Assembly (NCBI GenBank): GCA_964406075.1
Contig: CAYOQI010000001.1
Span: forward strand, 5,015 to 69,014
Source: an uncultured Pseudomonadales bacterium
GTDB taxonomy: Bacteria > Patescibacteriota > Microgenomatia > UBA1400 > PJMF01
DNA: 64,000 bases
Reading direction: 5' to 3'
Shown in pieces: positions 18,641 through 27,917 of this stretch. How positions within the stretch are numbered: position 1 is the stretch's first letter; each line of letters opens with the position of its first letter. The position numbers were made by a program, and so were the translations under genes. A model generated the notes under the pieces. The model made no database searches and was not told the origin of the DNA. It saw only the letters and a program-made list of their open reading frames with translations.

Positions 18641-19137
18641 GCTAATGCTTCAGCTAGAGCTTTTTCGCTACAAAGTTGCTCTGAATAGATGATTAAAGTA
18701 CCATGCTGTTTGTGAGAAGACTTATCAAAGGTGTAGTAATATCGAACTGCTTTATCACAACACTTGACCTCGACCATGAGTTCAAGAAAATTTGGTTGTT
18801 TAGATCGTAAACCGTTTCTTACTTCAGCTGTTACGCTATACTGTTTAGTATCTCGGCTCTTTCTTACTGACACTTCAAAGGTTCCACTTAATTTACCACT
18901 TTGTAAAATCCATTCAGAGCCATCAATAACTTTTTTCTCTTGAATGTCACTTGCAGACGTATTTACAAGGTGTCGAGCAAGGCTATCAACAGCACGTAAG
19001 AATTGTATTCTCTCTGTTTTTGGGGATTCATTTTTTTTGTTTCTATCCAAATCTCTACCTGAAGCTGATGGTTCTAATACGCGATCAATAATTTTCTCAA
19101 CTTTTTTGCCTTGACGAGTTTCTTTCATTTGTCTCAT
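18613..19137 (-). CDS. hypothetical protein (174 aa)
   Basis: Intact ORF with no recognisable motif. It has a charged N-terminus and a beta-rich C-terminal half. Confidence 0.6.
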   Translation of the reverse strand: MRQMKETRQGKKVEKIIDRVLEPSASGRDLDRNKKNESPKTERIQFLRAVDSLARHLVNTSASDIQEKKVIDGSEWILQSGKLSGTFEVSVRKSRDTKQYSVTAEVRNGLRSKQPNFLELMVEVKCCDKAVRYYYTFDKSSHKQHGTLIIYSEQLCSEKALAEALASHKQFPGI

Positions 19138-19215
19138 AATTTTCCTTTGTGGATTGGGATTGTAACAATATTCCAGCTTTTTGGAAACAAGGTTAAATTA
19201 AGGTAATATGATGAC

Positions 19216-19548
19216 ATGGCAAAGTATGAAGATTGGAGTGAGGTTCCTGAAGAATTACTTTTAGATGAAATAATAAAGTTATTAGAAATTCCGATTGAAA
19301 AGCAGTTAAAATCTTTTGAAGAGAGCAGTGAATTTCCAGTTCTACTTTATCTACTTCTTATCTTAGTTGTTTCCAGAGAACAAAGATCTTCGACAGAATT
19401 TACTCGAAAATGTTGTTTTGAAGTTTATGAGATCACTTTAAATTATTTGCGTCTGGGTGTTAACAGTTACCTAAATACTGAATTACTGCATATGGCATGG
19501 TTTCTCAGTTCTGGTGGAATAATCCGAGATCCTCAGGGAATTGCTTAG
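19216..19548 (+). CDS. hypothetical protein (110 aa)
   Basis: Intact ORF divergent from the 174-aa gene, with one hydrophobic segment (FPVLLYLLLILVV). No family recognised. Confidence 0.5.
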   Translation: MAKYEDWSEVPEELLLDEIIKLLEIPIEKQLKSFEESSEFPVLLYLLLILVVSREQRSSTEFTRKCCFEVYEITLNYLRLGVNSYLNTELLHMAWFLSSGGIIRDPQGIA

Positions 19549-19560
19549 AGTTTAAATACT

Positions 19561-19589
19561 AAAAAAAAGCGAGGGGGTGCTCCCCTCGC
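19561..19589 (-). terminator. rho-independent terminator
   Basis: GCGAGGGG / CCCCTCGC 8-bp stem (19569-76 / 19582-89), followed on the minus strand by T8 (19561-68). Confidence 0.6.
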
Positions 19590-19593
19590 TAGC

Positions 19594-19710
19594 TCACCTA
19601 TTAAAGTAATTCATGATAATAGGGAGTGAAATATAAGAAAACCATGCTAATGCTATCATCAGAACTGCTATTAGTCCTGCGATTACCTCCCAACGCGGTT
19701 GTTGGAACAT
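19594..19710 (-). CDS. small hydrophobic peptide (38 aa, not in the ORF track)
   Basis: MFQQPRWEVIAGLIAVLMIALAWFSYISLPIIMNYFNR. A GGGAGAAG Shine-Dalgarno sequence lies 5 nt upstream, it sits 22 nt downstream of the 136-aa gene, and the terminator follows it. Confidence 0.45.
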   Translation of the reverse strand: MFQQPRWEVIAGLIAVLMIALAWFSYISLPIIMNYFNR

Positions 19711-19732
19711 TTACACTTCTCCCTTTAAATAC

Positions 19733-20143
19733 TTACTGTTTTACTGCTCGTGATTGTACTTCCAAAGCTTTTTCTGAAAATATACTCTCGATGTCTTCGT
19801 CTGATTGGTCAGTAAAAAAAGTAATAACTTGGGTAGTATCTATACTGGAGTGTCTTATTGGTTCAGGACGATTTCGATCCACAATTCTGACGTACATTCT
19901 TAATGCTGGTTGGCCTTCTTGAGGTTGAAGTATCACCAAAAAATGGAGGCCTCTATCATTGGCTTCACCTTTAGTTTCTGTGACTTTACGTACTGAAGAT
20001 AGTGTCTTAACAACTTCACAGAGTCTCGTTTTATGTGTCTCTCCATTATCAGAAATTTCAGTAGTTTTAGATTGGTCAATAGCTTTTTGTAATTCCCAAT
20101 ATTCTGTATTCGTCTTTTTCCAACTTTCTGGTTTAGCTGCCAT
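19733..20143 (-). CDS. hypothetical protein (136 aa)
   Basis: Intact ORF with no recognisable motif. Confidence 0.6.
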   Translation of the reverse strand: MAAKPESWKKTNTEYWELQKAIDQSKTTEISDNGETHKTRLCEVVKTLSSVRKVTETKGEANDRGLHFLVILQPQEGQPALRMYVRIVDRNRPEPIRHSSIDTTQVITFFTDQSDEDIESIFSEKALEVQSRAVKQ

Positions 20144-20203
20144 ATTTTCCTTTCAATTTAAAAAAACTTCTTTAATAGTTTAAATTAAAAAAGTTGAATC
20201 ATT

Positions 20204-21466
20204 CTACTTATTTTGTCTTAGAAAGGCAGGAATATCGAATTCGTCTTCAAAGTCTGAAGAAGTATCGTTTTGCTCCGGTTCAGGAGTTGATTGAATAGGT
20301 GCTTGCGATTGTTGAAGAGGTTGAGGTTGAAATGAGTGTTGTTGAGGTGGTGGTGAAAATGTAGACCGACCAGACATTTGTGGCTGGACATAGGAATTAG
20401 GAGCAACTTCGATTTTGGGTGGAGCTGGCGGTGCTTCGGGCTCTAATTTATCTTTTGAGGCTCGACTATATGCACCAAAGGTAGGACGCTTCAGGGCGTT
20501 GTAATTGGTTCTACCATCAAATCCAGTAGCGATGACACTGATACGAACTTCTTGGCCCATGGTCTCATCAATCGTTGCTCCAAAAATGATGTTGGCATCT
20601 GGATCAGAAGCTTGAGAAATGATTTGAGATGCATCAGCTACTTCACTCATGGCCAAGTCAGAGCCACCGATAATGTTGTAGAGCACACCTTTCGCGCCAT
20701 CGATCGAAACTTCAAGTAGTGGTGAAGAGATAGCCATTCTGGCAGCATTGATCGCTCGATTTTCTCCACTTGCCGCACCGATTCCCATCAAAGCTGAACC
20801 TGATTCAGACATGATTGTTTTAACGTCTGCAAAGTCAACATTGATCAAACCAGGAACGGTGATCAGATCTGATATTCCTTTTACACCTTGACCAAGAACA
20901 TTATCCGCTAAGCGAAAGGCATCAAGCAAAGTCATTTTTTTATCAACCACATCCATGAGTCGTTGATTTGGAATCACGATTAAGGTATCAACATTATCTT
21001 TCAGCAAATCAATGCCTTCCTCAGCGGCATTCATGCGGCGAATGCCTTCAAACAGGAATGGTTTCGTCACAACAGCGACCGTTAACGCTCCAGCTTCTTT
21101 GGCAAGTTCAGCCACGATTGGTGATGCACCTGTTCCGGTACCTCCACCCATACCAGCAGTAATAAAGACCATGTCTGTATCAAAAAGAACTTCTTGGATT
21201 TTTTCACGAGATTCTTCAGCTGCTTGGTGACCAACATCAGGATCTGCTCCACTCCCGAGCCCTTTGGTGTAATTATTTCCGATTTGGAGTTTGGTATCAG
21301 CTTTGGAAGTTAAAAGTGCTTGTGCGTCAGTATTGATGGTAATGAATTCGACTCCGGTAATTTTTCCGGACTCAATCATGGAGTTGATGGCATTTCCACC
21401 ACCGCCACCTACACCAATCACCTTGATCTTCGCAAAGGAAGTGTTGCTGGGTTTGACGAATGCCAT
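20204..21466 (-). CDS. ftsZ: cell division protein FtsZ
   Basis: [25 protein letters not shown], a long P/Q-rich linker and the C-terminal peptide DIPAFLRQ. Confidence 0.97.
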   Translation of the reverse strand: MAFVKPSNTSFAKIKVIGVGGGGGNAINSMIESGKITGVEFITINTDAQALLTSKADTKLQIGNNYTKGLGSGADPDVGHQAAEESREKIQEVLFDTDMVFITAGMGGGTGTGASPIVAELAKEAGALTVAVVTKPFLFEGIRRMNAAEEGIDLLKDNVDTLIVIPNQRLMDVVDKKMTLLDAFRLADNVLGQGVKGISDLITVPGLINVDFADVKTIMSESGSALMGIGAASGENRAINAARMAISSPLLEVSIDGAKGVLYNIIGGSDLAMSEVADASQIISQASDPDANIIFGATIDETMGQEVRISVIATGFDGRTNYNALKRPTFGAYSRASKDKLEPEAPPAPPKIEVAPNSYVQPQMSGRSTFSPPPQQHSFQPQPLQQSQAPIQSTPEPEQNDTSSDFEDEFDIPAFLRQNK

Positions 21467-21699
21467 ATAAATTGGTTTACTAATGAACTACTCAGATTAA
21501 TTTTTGTTTGTAGTACCGAACTGGTTGCTTAGTCTACCATTTTTTTTGATTATTACTTCACACATTACATTTTACTACTGCTTCTTATTATTGATTTAAT
21601 AAAAAGTGGAACAGTTTTCGAAAGACTTGGGGCAGGAATTGGCACTCAGTGTACCATGAAAGATGACATCTGAAAATATTATCCTTTATCGATCAATCA

Positions 21700-23004
21700 T
21701 TACGGTAGAAGAGATTTTAATAATTCAGCAAATTTTCTTGGTAATTGGTCAACACCTCCGGAAAATGGGTTTGGAATGGACAAGCCAGACCGTTGAACCG
21801 TCTCTACCCCTTTACCTGCTCCATGCAAAAGCAAACCAAGACTGGTGGAGTATGCCGGCTTTTCAACTTCATCGATCAATCCCTGAAATCCATGAGGGAT
21901 ACCAACTCGAGTAGAAAGTTGTAAGGTGCGTTTACAGACATCATCGATATACGCAGTTTCGGCACCACCACCCGTTAACACTACTCCAGCGGGAATGGCA
22001 TTAAATAGTTTTTGTTTTTCTAATTCTTTGCCAATCAATGTAAACATTTCTTGCATTCGAGGAATCACAATTCGTTCAAATAATACTTTTCTGGAGAGCG
22101 GTGGAATGTTTTCAGCAATACCTAACATTTTTATATCAATGGCATCTTCTTTTTTTCTTCTTTTTCTTGCGTCTTCTTTACTCTCACCGGTCAATGCCAC
22201 AGGTGAATCAGGAATACTTCCGAGTTTGAGTTTAATAATTTCAGCTGATTGCAAGCTGACTTGGCAACCAAGTGCAATGTCTTGGGTAATATGTCGAGCT
22301 CCGACTGGAAGTACGGCGGAAAATTCAGGTGAACCTTCTACAAAGGCTGTTAAAGACGTTGTCCCGGCTCCGATGTCGACCAAGATCACACCCAGTTCTT
22401 TTTCAGTTTCCGTTAACACGGCTTGAGATGAAGCGAGACCAGAGAACACGAACTCTCGAACTGTTATTCCCATTTCATTAATACATTTTTCAATATTTTT
22501 CAGCACAACTGAGGAGGCAGTAATGATGTGTGCTTCGGCTTCTAAACGAATTCCACTCATACCAATCGGATCTCGAATGCCATCTTGGGAGTCGACTCGA
22601 AAGTTCTTGGGAATGATATGGATGATTTCTTTTCCGGTAGGAAGTGACACCGCTTTGGCCGCATCAATGACTCGAGCGACATCTTCGCCAGTAATCTCTT
22701 GATTTGGCTGGGCGACAGCAACAACACCTTTGGAGTTTTGAGATTGAATCGTAATCCCACCAACACTGACATAGGCTTGTTGGATATTCACTCCAGCCAT
22801 ACGTTCAGCAGCATCGACACTTTCCGTAATTGCCTCGACTGCACTGTGGAGATCAACGATTTGGCTTTTTCGCATGCCTTTCGACGCAACAGAAGAAACA
22901 CCGAGGACTCGGATATTTTGTTTGCCTTCACTAACATCGGCAATCAAGGTGACGACTTTGTCAGTACCTATATCGAGAGCAGAAACAAGTTGTTGTCTGG
23001 GCAT
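21700..23004 (-). CDS. ftsA: cell division protein FtsA
   Basis: Actin-fold motifs LDIGTDKV, VDIGAGTT and LTGGGA, with a C-terminal amphipathic helix FAELLKSLL. Confidence 0.95.
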   Translation of the reverse strand: MPRQQLVSALDIGTDKVVTLIADVSEGKQNIRVLGVSSVASKGMRKSQIVDLHSAVEAITESVDAAERMAGVNIQQAYVSVGGITIQSQNSKGVVAVAQPNQEITGEDVARVIDAAKAVSLPTGKEIIHIIPKNFRVDSQDGIRDPIGMSGIRLEAEAHIITASSVVLKNIEKCINEMGITVREFVFSGLASSQAVLTETEKELGVILVDIGAGTTSLTAFVEGSPEFSAVLPVGARHITQDIALGCQVSLQSAEIIKLKLGSIPDSPVALTGESKEDARKRRKKEDAIDIKMLGIAENIPPLSRKVLFERIVIPRMQEMFTLIGKELEKQKLFNAIPAGVVLTGGGAETAYIDDVCKRTLQLSTRVGIPHGFQGLIDEVEKPAYSTSLGLLLHGAGKGVETVQRSGLSIPNPFSGGVDQLPRKFAELLKSLLP

Positions 23005-23288
23005 GTGTCAATCTCGCTTTTCCACTATAGAGCGGGACGAGTACCGCAATTGCGGGATAAATTTCAATTACAAACCGCTTTAATCAATAATAACATCACT
23101 TTTTTACCATTGGAGGATGAGATTGAAAATCAACCCAAAATCCATCATTTAGAATACGGAGTAAAACGAATAGTATGACTGTATAGAATTAATTGCGTCT
23201 TGGCAAGAGGAAGGGATAGGAGATATGAATGTTTAGCGGTTGAAAAGTTCGATAGTAAAAACACACATTCCACTATTGTTTTCAAAGT

Positions 23289-24074
23289 CTACCGTAAGAT
23301 AGGTTTACTAAAACGAAGATCGGCTTCGGTCCAGGGTTGCTCCAGTGGATATGAAAGTATTGTATCAAGTTGTGATAATTGTGAGGAACATTCATTTTGG
23401 GTGAATATAATTTCTTTTTGATTATCTGTCGTTGCTCGTACTTCAGTTTCTGATATCAGACGAACATTTTTAATTGGTGATATCGTGTCTTTCAAACACG
23501 TTGCAATAGATAACAACTGTTGGTGTTCGTTTGCAGGAAGCACAGTCCCACCATCAATTTTTTGCCATACATCAGTGGAAACAAGAATTTCAGGGACAGG
23601 ATCAGAAATTTCTGTATAAATGACGGAGCCAGCTTCAGTGATGATTTTTTGATCAGTATTGTGTTTGAGGACGTATCGAGGTGGACTGATCATGACTTTA
23701 AATTCAATTCTTGAAGGGAATTTTCTTTTGATAGTAAAAGTAAAATAGCTTGGGTTTGCCCGCTGAATATTTTTAATTTCATCTTCCCAACTCCCAAAGT
23801 ACAGATGACGGCCTTTGCCTTGTTCAAGTTCCCCAAGTACTGCCTCCTCACAACTACTACTAAATTGAGTGGAACACGAAACATGTTGGACACGAAACCA
23901 AGGTGAGCCGGCCAAAAAAAATATACTGCTTAAAAACAAGATGAGGAACAAACAGGCGTGAAATAACTTGGAAAAATCAAATTTGCCCTGTAACTGTGAC
24001 CAAGAACGATGTTGACGGCGTTTTTTTAAGGTTGATTCTAGTGGTCGGTGATTGAATGGAGATTGTGTTGGCAC
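23289..24074 (-). CDS. ftsQ: FtsQ/DivIB-like division protein
   Basis: Single N-terminal TM helix followed by a POTRA-like segment (FRVQHVSCS...). It occupies the position between murG and ftsA. Confidence 0.7.
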   Translation of the reverse strand: MPTQSPFNHRPLESTLKKRRQHRSWSQLQGKFDFSKLFHACLFLILFLSSIFFLAGSPWFRVQHVSCSTQFSSSCEEAVLGELEQGKGRHLYFGSWEDEIKNIQRANPSYFTFTIKRKFPSRIEFKVMISPPRYVLKHNTDQKIITEAGSVIYTEISDPVPEILVSTDVWQKIDGGTVLPANEHQQLLSIATCLKDTISPIKNVRLISETEVRATTDNQKEIIFTQNECSSQLSQLDTILSYPLEQPWTEADLRFSKPILR

Positions 24075-24119
24075 AATAACAAAATTGTAGACACTTCGTA
24101 TTTAATTCCAATTGGGAGC

Positions 24120-25274
24120 TTATTTTTTCTCGACTGCACCTTTTTGTTCTTCGAGGACGACATCAATAAGATTCAGTAATCGTTTCGCACCATCCCAAAT
24201 ATATTCTTCTTTCAGTTTTTCAGCCGCTTGTTGCATGCTTCTATACCGACGAGAAACGTTGGACAATGCAGACAAGAAAGTCTGTGGTGTGAGATCTTTT
24301 TGTTCCAAAATAATTGCTCCTCCGGCTTTCTGAATTGCTTCAGCATTTTTGTGTTGTTCGTTATCACGAGAAAATGGCAAAGGAATCAGTACTGCAGGAA
24401 CTCCATGATAAATGAGTTCATGAATTGTGTTGGCACCTGATCTGGAGACGGAGAGTCGGGCATTGTTGTACACCCAAGTCAGTTCTTTCTCATTCATCCA
24501 CGTTTTAACCACATACTCTTTTTGAAGGTCTTCGGGGAGTGATTGAGCTTGTACCTGAAGTGTCTGTTCATAATTGGTATATGAATTCGGATTTCCACAT
24601 TGATGAATGACAAACCACTTTGAAGTTAATTCTGTCAACGTTTCACCCACTACCCGATTCAATATTTCTGAGCCTTGATTACCGCCGGTAATATAGAGAA
24701 TGGGTTTAGAAATATCTTTTGGTATCCATTTTGGATGAGTGGAAGCTGCTTGCATGACGCTAGTTCGGACGGGATTTCCAGTGACGACTGTTTTTCCATC
24801 GGGAAATTGCTCAATCGTGCTTTCATCAGATACCGCAACTTTGGCTGACAACACAGCAATTGCTTGATTAGCTAAACCGGCTGAGCTGGTTTGTTCGTGG
24901 GTAATTACTGGAACATGTCGAATTCGACAGACGAGAGCGATCGGAAAAGCCAAATATCCGCCAAATGACAAAAACAGGTGAGGTTTTTTTTCAGTCACAA
25001 TTTTCCAAGCAATTTTTAAAGCTGGAGCCCACTTGCCTATTTCATTAAAATTATTCCACCAGAAGGTTTTGTAGAATTTCGGTGCGATTGTTGGGATGAA
25101 TTCAATACCTCTCTTTTCAATTTCAGCGCGTTCATGAGAGAGTTGTTGAGTTGCGTCTTGAGAATATTCACGACCAAGGAAAATAAATTCCAGATCACGT
25201 TTGTCTTTTTTTGCCTGATCAATAACTGCTAAAGCTGGAGTGAGATGTCCTCCGCTAATGAGTATTTTTTTCAT
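24120..25274 (-). CDS. murG: UDP-GlcNAc:lipid I GlcNAc transferase MurG
   Basis: GT28 pattern: KILISGGHLTPALAV, ITGGNQGS, SRSGANTIHELIYHGVPAVLIPLP. Confidence 0.9.
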   Translation of the reverse strand: MKKILISGGHLTPALAVIDQAKKDKRDLEFIFLGREYSQDATQQLSHERAEIEKRGIEFIPTIAPKFYKTFWWNNFNEIGKWAPALKIAWKIVTEKKPHLFLSFGGYLAFPIALVCRIRHVPVITHEQTSSAGLANQAIAVLSAKVAVSDESTIEQFPDGKTVVTGNPVRTSVMQAASTHPKWIPKDISKPILYITGGNQGSEILNRVVGETLTELTSKWFVIHQCGNPNSYTNYEQTLQVQAQSLPEDLQKEYVVKTWMNEKELTWVYNNARLSVSRSGANTIHELIYHGVPAVLIPLPFSRDNEQHKNAEAIQKAGGAIILEQKDLTPQTFLSALSNVSRRYRSMQQAAEKLKEEYIWDGAKRLLNLIDVVLEEQKGAVEKK

Positions 25275-25350
25275 ATTTTTAAAAAAAGAAATGAGAGTCG
25301 TTGTTGTTTCTCATTATAGAGTCACCGTTTTCCAACGGACGTTGATTATA

Positions 25351-26442
25351 TCATTTGTGAGAATGCACGCTTGTTCTTGATAATGAAATAAGAATACCTG
25401 TCGCCATCATGATAGTTAACAGTGATGATCCTCCTCGAGAAATGAATGGTAAAGGAATGCCTGTGAGTGGCACCAAGGCGACCACTGCGGCCAGATTCAT
25501 GATCATTTGTCCGGATACCCAGATAACTAAGCCAGTTGCAAATAAACGCTCAAATGAGTCCTCAGGGAGGTCTTTGACAATTTGAAATGCAGTTTGAATA
25601 TAAAACAGAAAAATAAAAATCAAGGCCGTACTCCCCACAAATCCAACTTCTTCTGCAATCAATGCAAAAATAGAATCTGTGCTTGCTTCAGGAAGATACT
25701 GATACTTCTGTTTAGACTGTCCAATACCGAGCCCAAACATTCCACCATTCCCAAGTGCAATAGTGATTTGTCGAACGTGATATCCGGCTCCGAGTGGATC
25801 TGAGCTCGGACTCAGGTACGTTGTCAAACGTTCACGACGATAACTTGAAGTCAAAATTAACAGTAAAATGCCAACGATTCCCACTCCAAAAAGTATACCG
25901 ATCTCTTTTAACTTTCCTCCAGCTACCACATACATACCGAAAGCAATTAAAAGCACAATTAATGTCGAGCCAAGATCTGGTTGGATCATAACCAATGCGG
26001 TAGGTATTAAAGAAAAAGTTAAAAAAGGTGCTATTCTTTGATGTTTTATTAGCCAAGTTGCAAAAAAAGCAGAGATGCCTAACTTGATAAGTTCAACTGG
26101 CTGAAACCGTTGGCCACCAAGATCAATCCATCTTCGAGCACCATTCACTTCCACACCAATACCAGGAATCAGCACCGCAATTAAAAGAATCACTCCGACA
26201 ATGTATATCAGCGGACCAAGTTTCGACCAAAAAGTTGGTGGAATCATGGCAGAAACGATTAATACACCCAAACCAATTCCTAACCACTGAAGTTGTTGTC
26301 GGATAAAATAGTACGCATCATTAAATCGATGGAAGGCTTCGATATGTGAGGCTTCAAAAACTGCCAGTATGCCGATCAAACAGAGTACGACAACAAGTAA
26401 AAACAGTTTCCGACCATGATTGAAAGACGGCTTCAATTTCAT
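25351..26442 (-). CDS. ftsW: SEDS protein FtsW
   Basis: RWIDLGGQRFQPVELIKL, PEASTDSIFALIAEEVGF, PLTGIPLPFISRGGSS, in a dcw context. Confidence 0.9.
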   Translation of the reverse strand: MKLKPSFNHGRKLFLLVVVLCLIGILAVFEASHIEAFHRFNDAYYFIRQQLQWLGIGLGVLIVSAMIPPTFWSKLGPLIYIVGVILLIAVLIPGIGVEVNGARRWIDLGGQRFQPVELIKLGISAFFATWLIKHQRIAPFLTFSLIPTALVMIQPDLGSTLIVLLIAFGMYVVAGGKLKEIGILFGVGIVGILLLILTSSYRRERLTTYLSPSSDPLGAGYHVRQITIALGNGGMFGLGIGQSKQKYQYLPEASTDSIFALIAEEVGFVGSTALIFIFLFYIQTAFQIVKDLPEDSFERLFATGLVIWVSGQMIMNLAAVVALVPLTGIPLPFISRGGSSLLTIMMATGILISLSRTSVHSHK

Positions 26443-26511
26443 GATTTAAGAATAACATAGACAGTAGAAATCGAAGCTGAGAGATTAAGAAATGAGGCAA
26501 AGGAGAAAGTG

Positions 26512-27564
26512 TCAAATGACAGCCAGCCAAACGCCAAAAAGCATGAGGATTAATGAAATGATCCATACACGCTGGACAATTTTAGGCTCTTCCCAACCCT
26601 TGAGTTGAAGCCATAGATGAAGCGGTGCGACTGGGAAAATTTTCTTTCCACGAATTCTCTTTGAGAGTAATTGAAGTAAAGAGCTCAATATTTCCACGAC
26701 AAATACTCCACCAATAATTCCCACCGCTAAAGTTTTGCCAAGCAACAGTCCGACAACAGCGAGTGTTGCACCAAATGACAGTGCTCCCACATCCCCCATC
26801 CATATTCGGGCTGGGTAAATATTGAAGTACATGAAGGCAATTAAAGAACCAATCCACAATGCAATAAATAATGATAATGGTGTATCTAAAATTGCGTATG
26901 ATAAAAACCAAAGGCCAAAGAGCGAAATCAATAAAACTCCAGATGCCAAGCCATCAAGCCCATCGGTGATATTGACTGCATTGGCGAAGGACACGATCAC
27001 AAAAGCGGCGAAAGGAATGTACATCAGTCCGACATTGAATGTGCCAACAAATGGAATATAGAAAAATGAGATTCCAAGTTGGAAATACAGAATCAGCGCG
27101 ATAATAATCGCTAACAAACATTGCACCAAAAATTTATGCTTCAATCTTAAGCCAAAGAAGCCCTCTTTTTGAAAGCCAAAGAATTTTTTAATGTCATCAT
27201 ATAAACCTAAGAGTCCGAAAGATAAAAAGGTGAAAAAGATTACATTCACTTCAGTTCTGATTGGATAGACATTTGTTATTTCAATTCCGAACAACTCTAG
27301 AAGTGGAAGCATCATGGCAAATAAAATAGAGACCACGAGCAACACTAATAATCCGCCCCCGACTGGAACGCCCACTTTTTGTTTGACATTATGAAAGGCA
27401 TTGAAGACAGGCGTGGTTTTCCCAAAGGCATCGCGAGTGTTTTGTTTTCGACGTTGGAATTTTAGTGCGTAGAGAGTGTTGATGAACGGGACGATGCAAA
27501 TCGCGGTCACAATAAATGAAAAAATGAGCAGGCCAAGCATCAGAGACATAGCGGTATTGTACAA
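26512..27564 (-). CDS. mraY: phospho-MurNAc-pentapeptide translocase MraY
   Basis: NAVNITDGLDGLA, YPARIWMGDVGALSFG and PLHLWLQLKGW motifs. Confidence 0.95.
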   Translation of the reverse strand: MYNTAMSLMLGLLIFSFIVTAICIVPFINTLYALKFQRRKQNTRDAFGKTTPVFNAFHNVKQKVGVPVGGGLLVLLVVSILFAMMLPLLELFGIEITNVYPIRTEVNVIFFTFLSFGLLGLYDDIKKFFGFQKEGFFGLRLKHKFLVQCLLAIIIALILYFQLGISFFYIPFVGTFNVGLMYIPFAAFVIVSFANAVNITDGLDGLASGVLLISLFGLWFLSYAILDTPLSLFIALWIGSLIAFMYFNIYPARIWMGDVGALSFGATLAVVGLLLGKTLAVGIIGGVFVVEILSSLLQLLSKRIRGKKIFPVAPLHLWLQLKGWEEPKIVQRVWIISLILMLFGVWLAVI

Positions 27565-27604
27565 GCTTAGATGTTAGGTGTCAGGTGTCAGGTTTTAGGA
27601 AAAG

Positions 27605-27916
27605 TTAAAGATTAGGATATCTCTTATTAACAAAGGAATTAACTCTATCAAACGCAGGCTGGACTCGTTGATCGATGGATGAATTTATAATAGAAGTCAA
27701 TTCCTCAGGGTTAATTACAAGAGTTGGAACGGGGATTTGATAGTCATTACAAACAGCAAAAAGCATAGCGATGGCTATTTCACGATTTAAATGTGATGAG
27801 GGAGAGGTATTTTTTAATTGAGCACTTGTTTGTAAATCTAAAAGAAGCTGATTTAAATATTCATCACAAAGTACTTTTTCTAGCGGAGATTTTGCCTCCA
27901 AATCAATTTCTACCAT
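27605..27916 (-). CDS. hypothetical protein (103 aa) between murA and mraY
   Basis: Intact ORF whose start lies 1 nt after the murA stop. No family recognised. Confidence 0.55.
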   Translation of the reverse strand: MVEIDLEAKSPLEKVLCDEYLNQLLLDLQTSAQLKNTSPSSHLNREIAIAMLFAVCNDYQIPVPTLVINPEELTSIINSSIDQRVQPAFDRVNSFVNKRYPNL

Positions 27917-27917
27917 C

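Noticed and set aside
21926-23178. Long plus-strand ORFs (166 aa and 159 aa) antisense to ftsA
   Set aside because: They are shadow ORFs of a strongly supported FtsA CDS. The sequences are low-complexity and Ser/Asn-rich with no motif.
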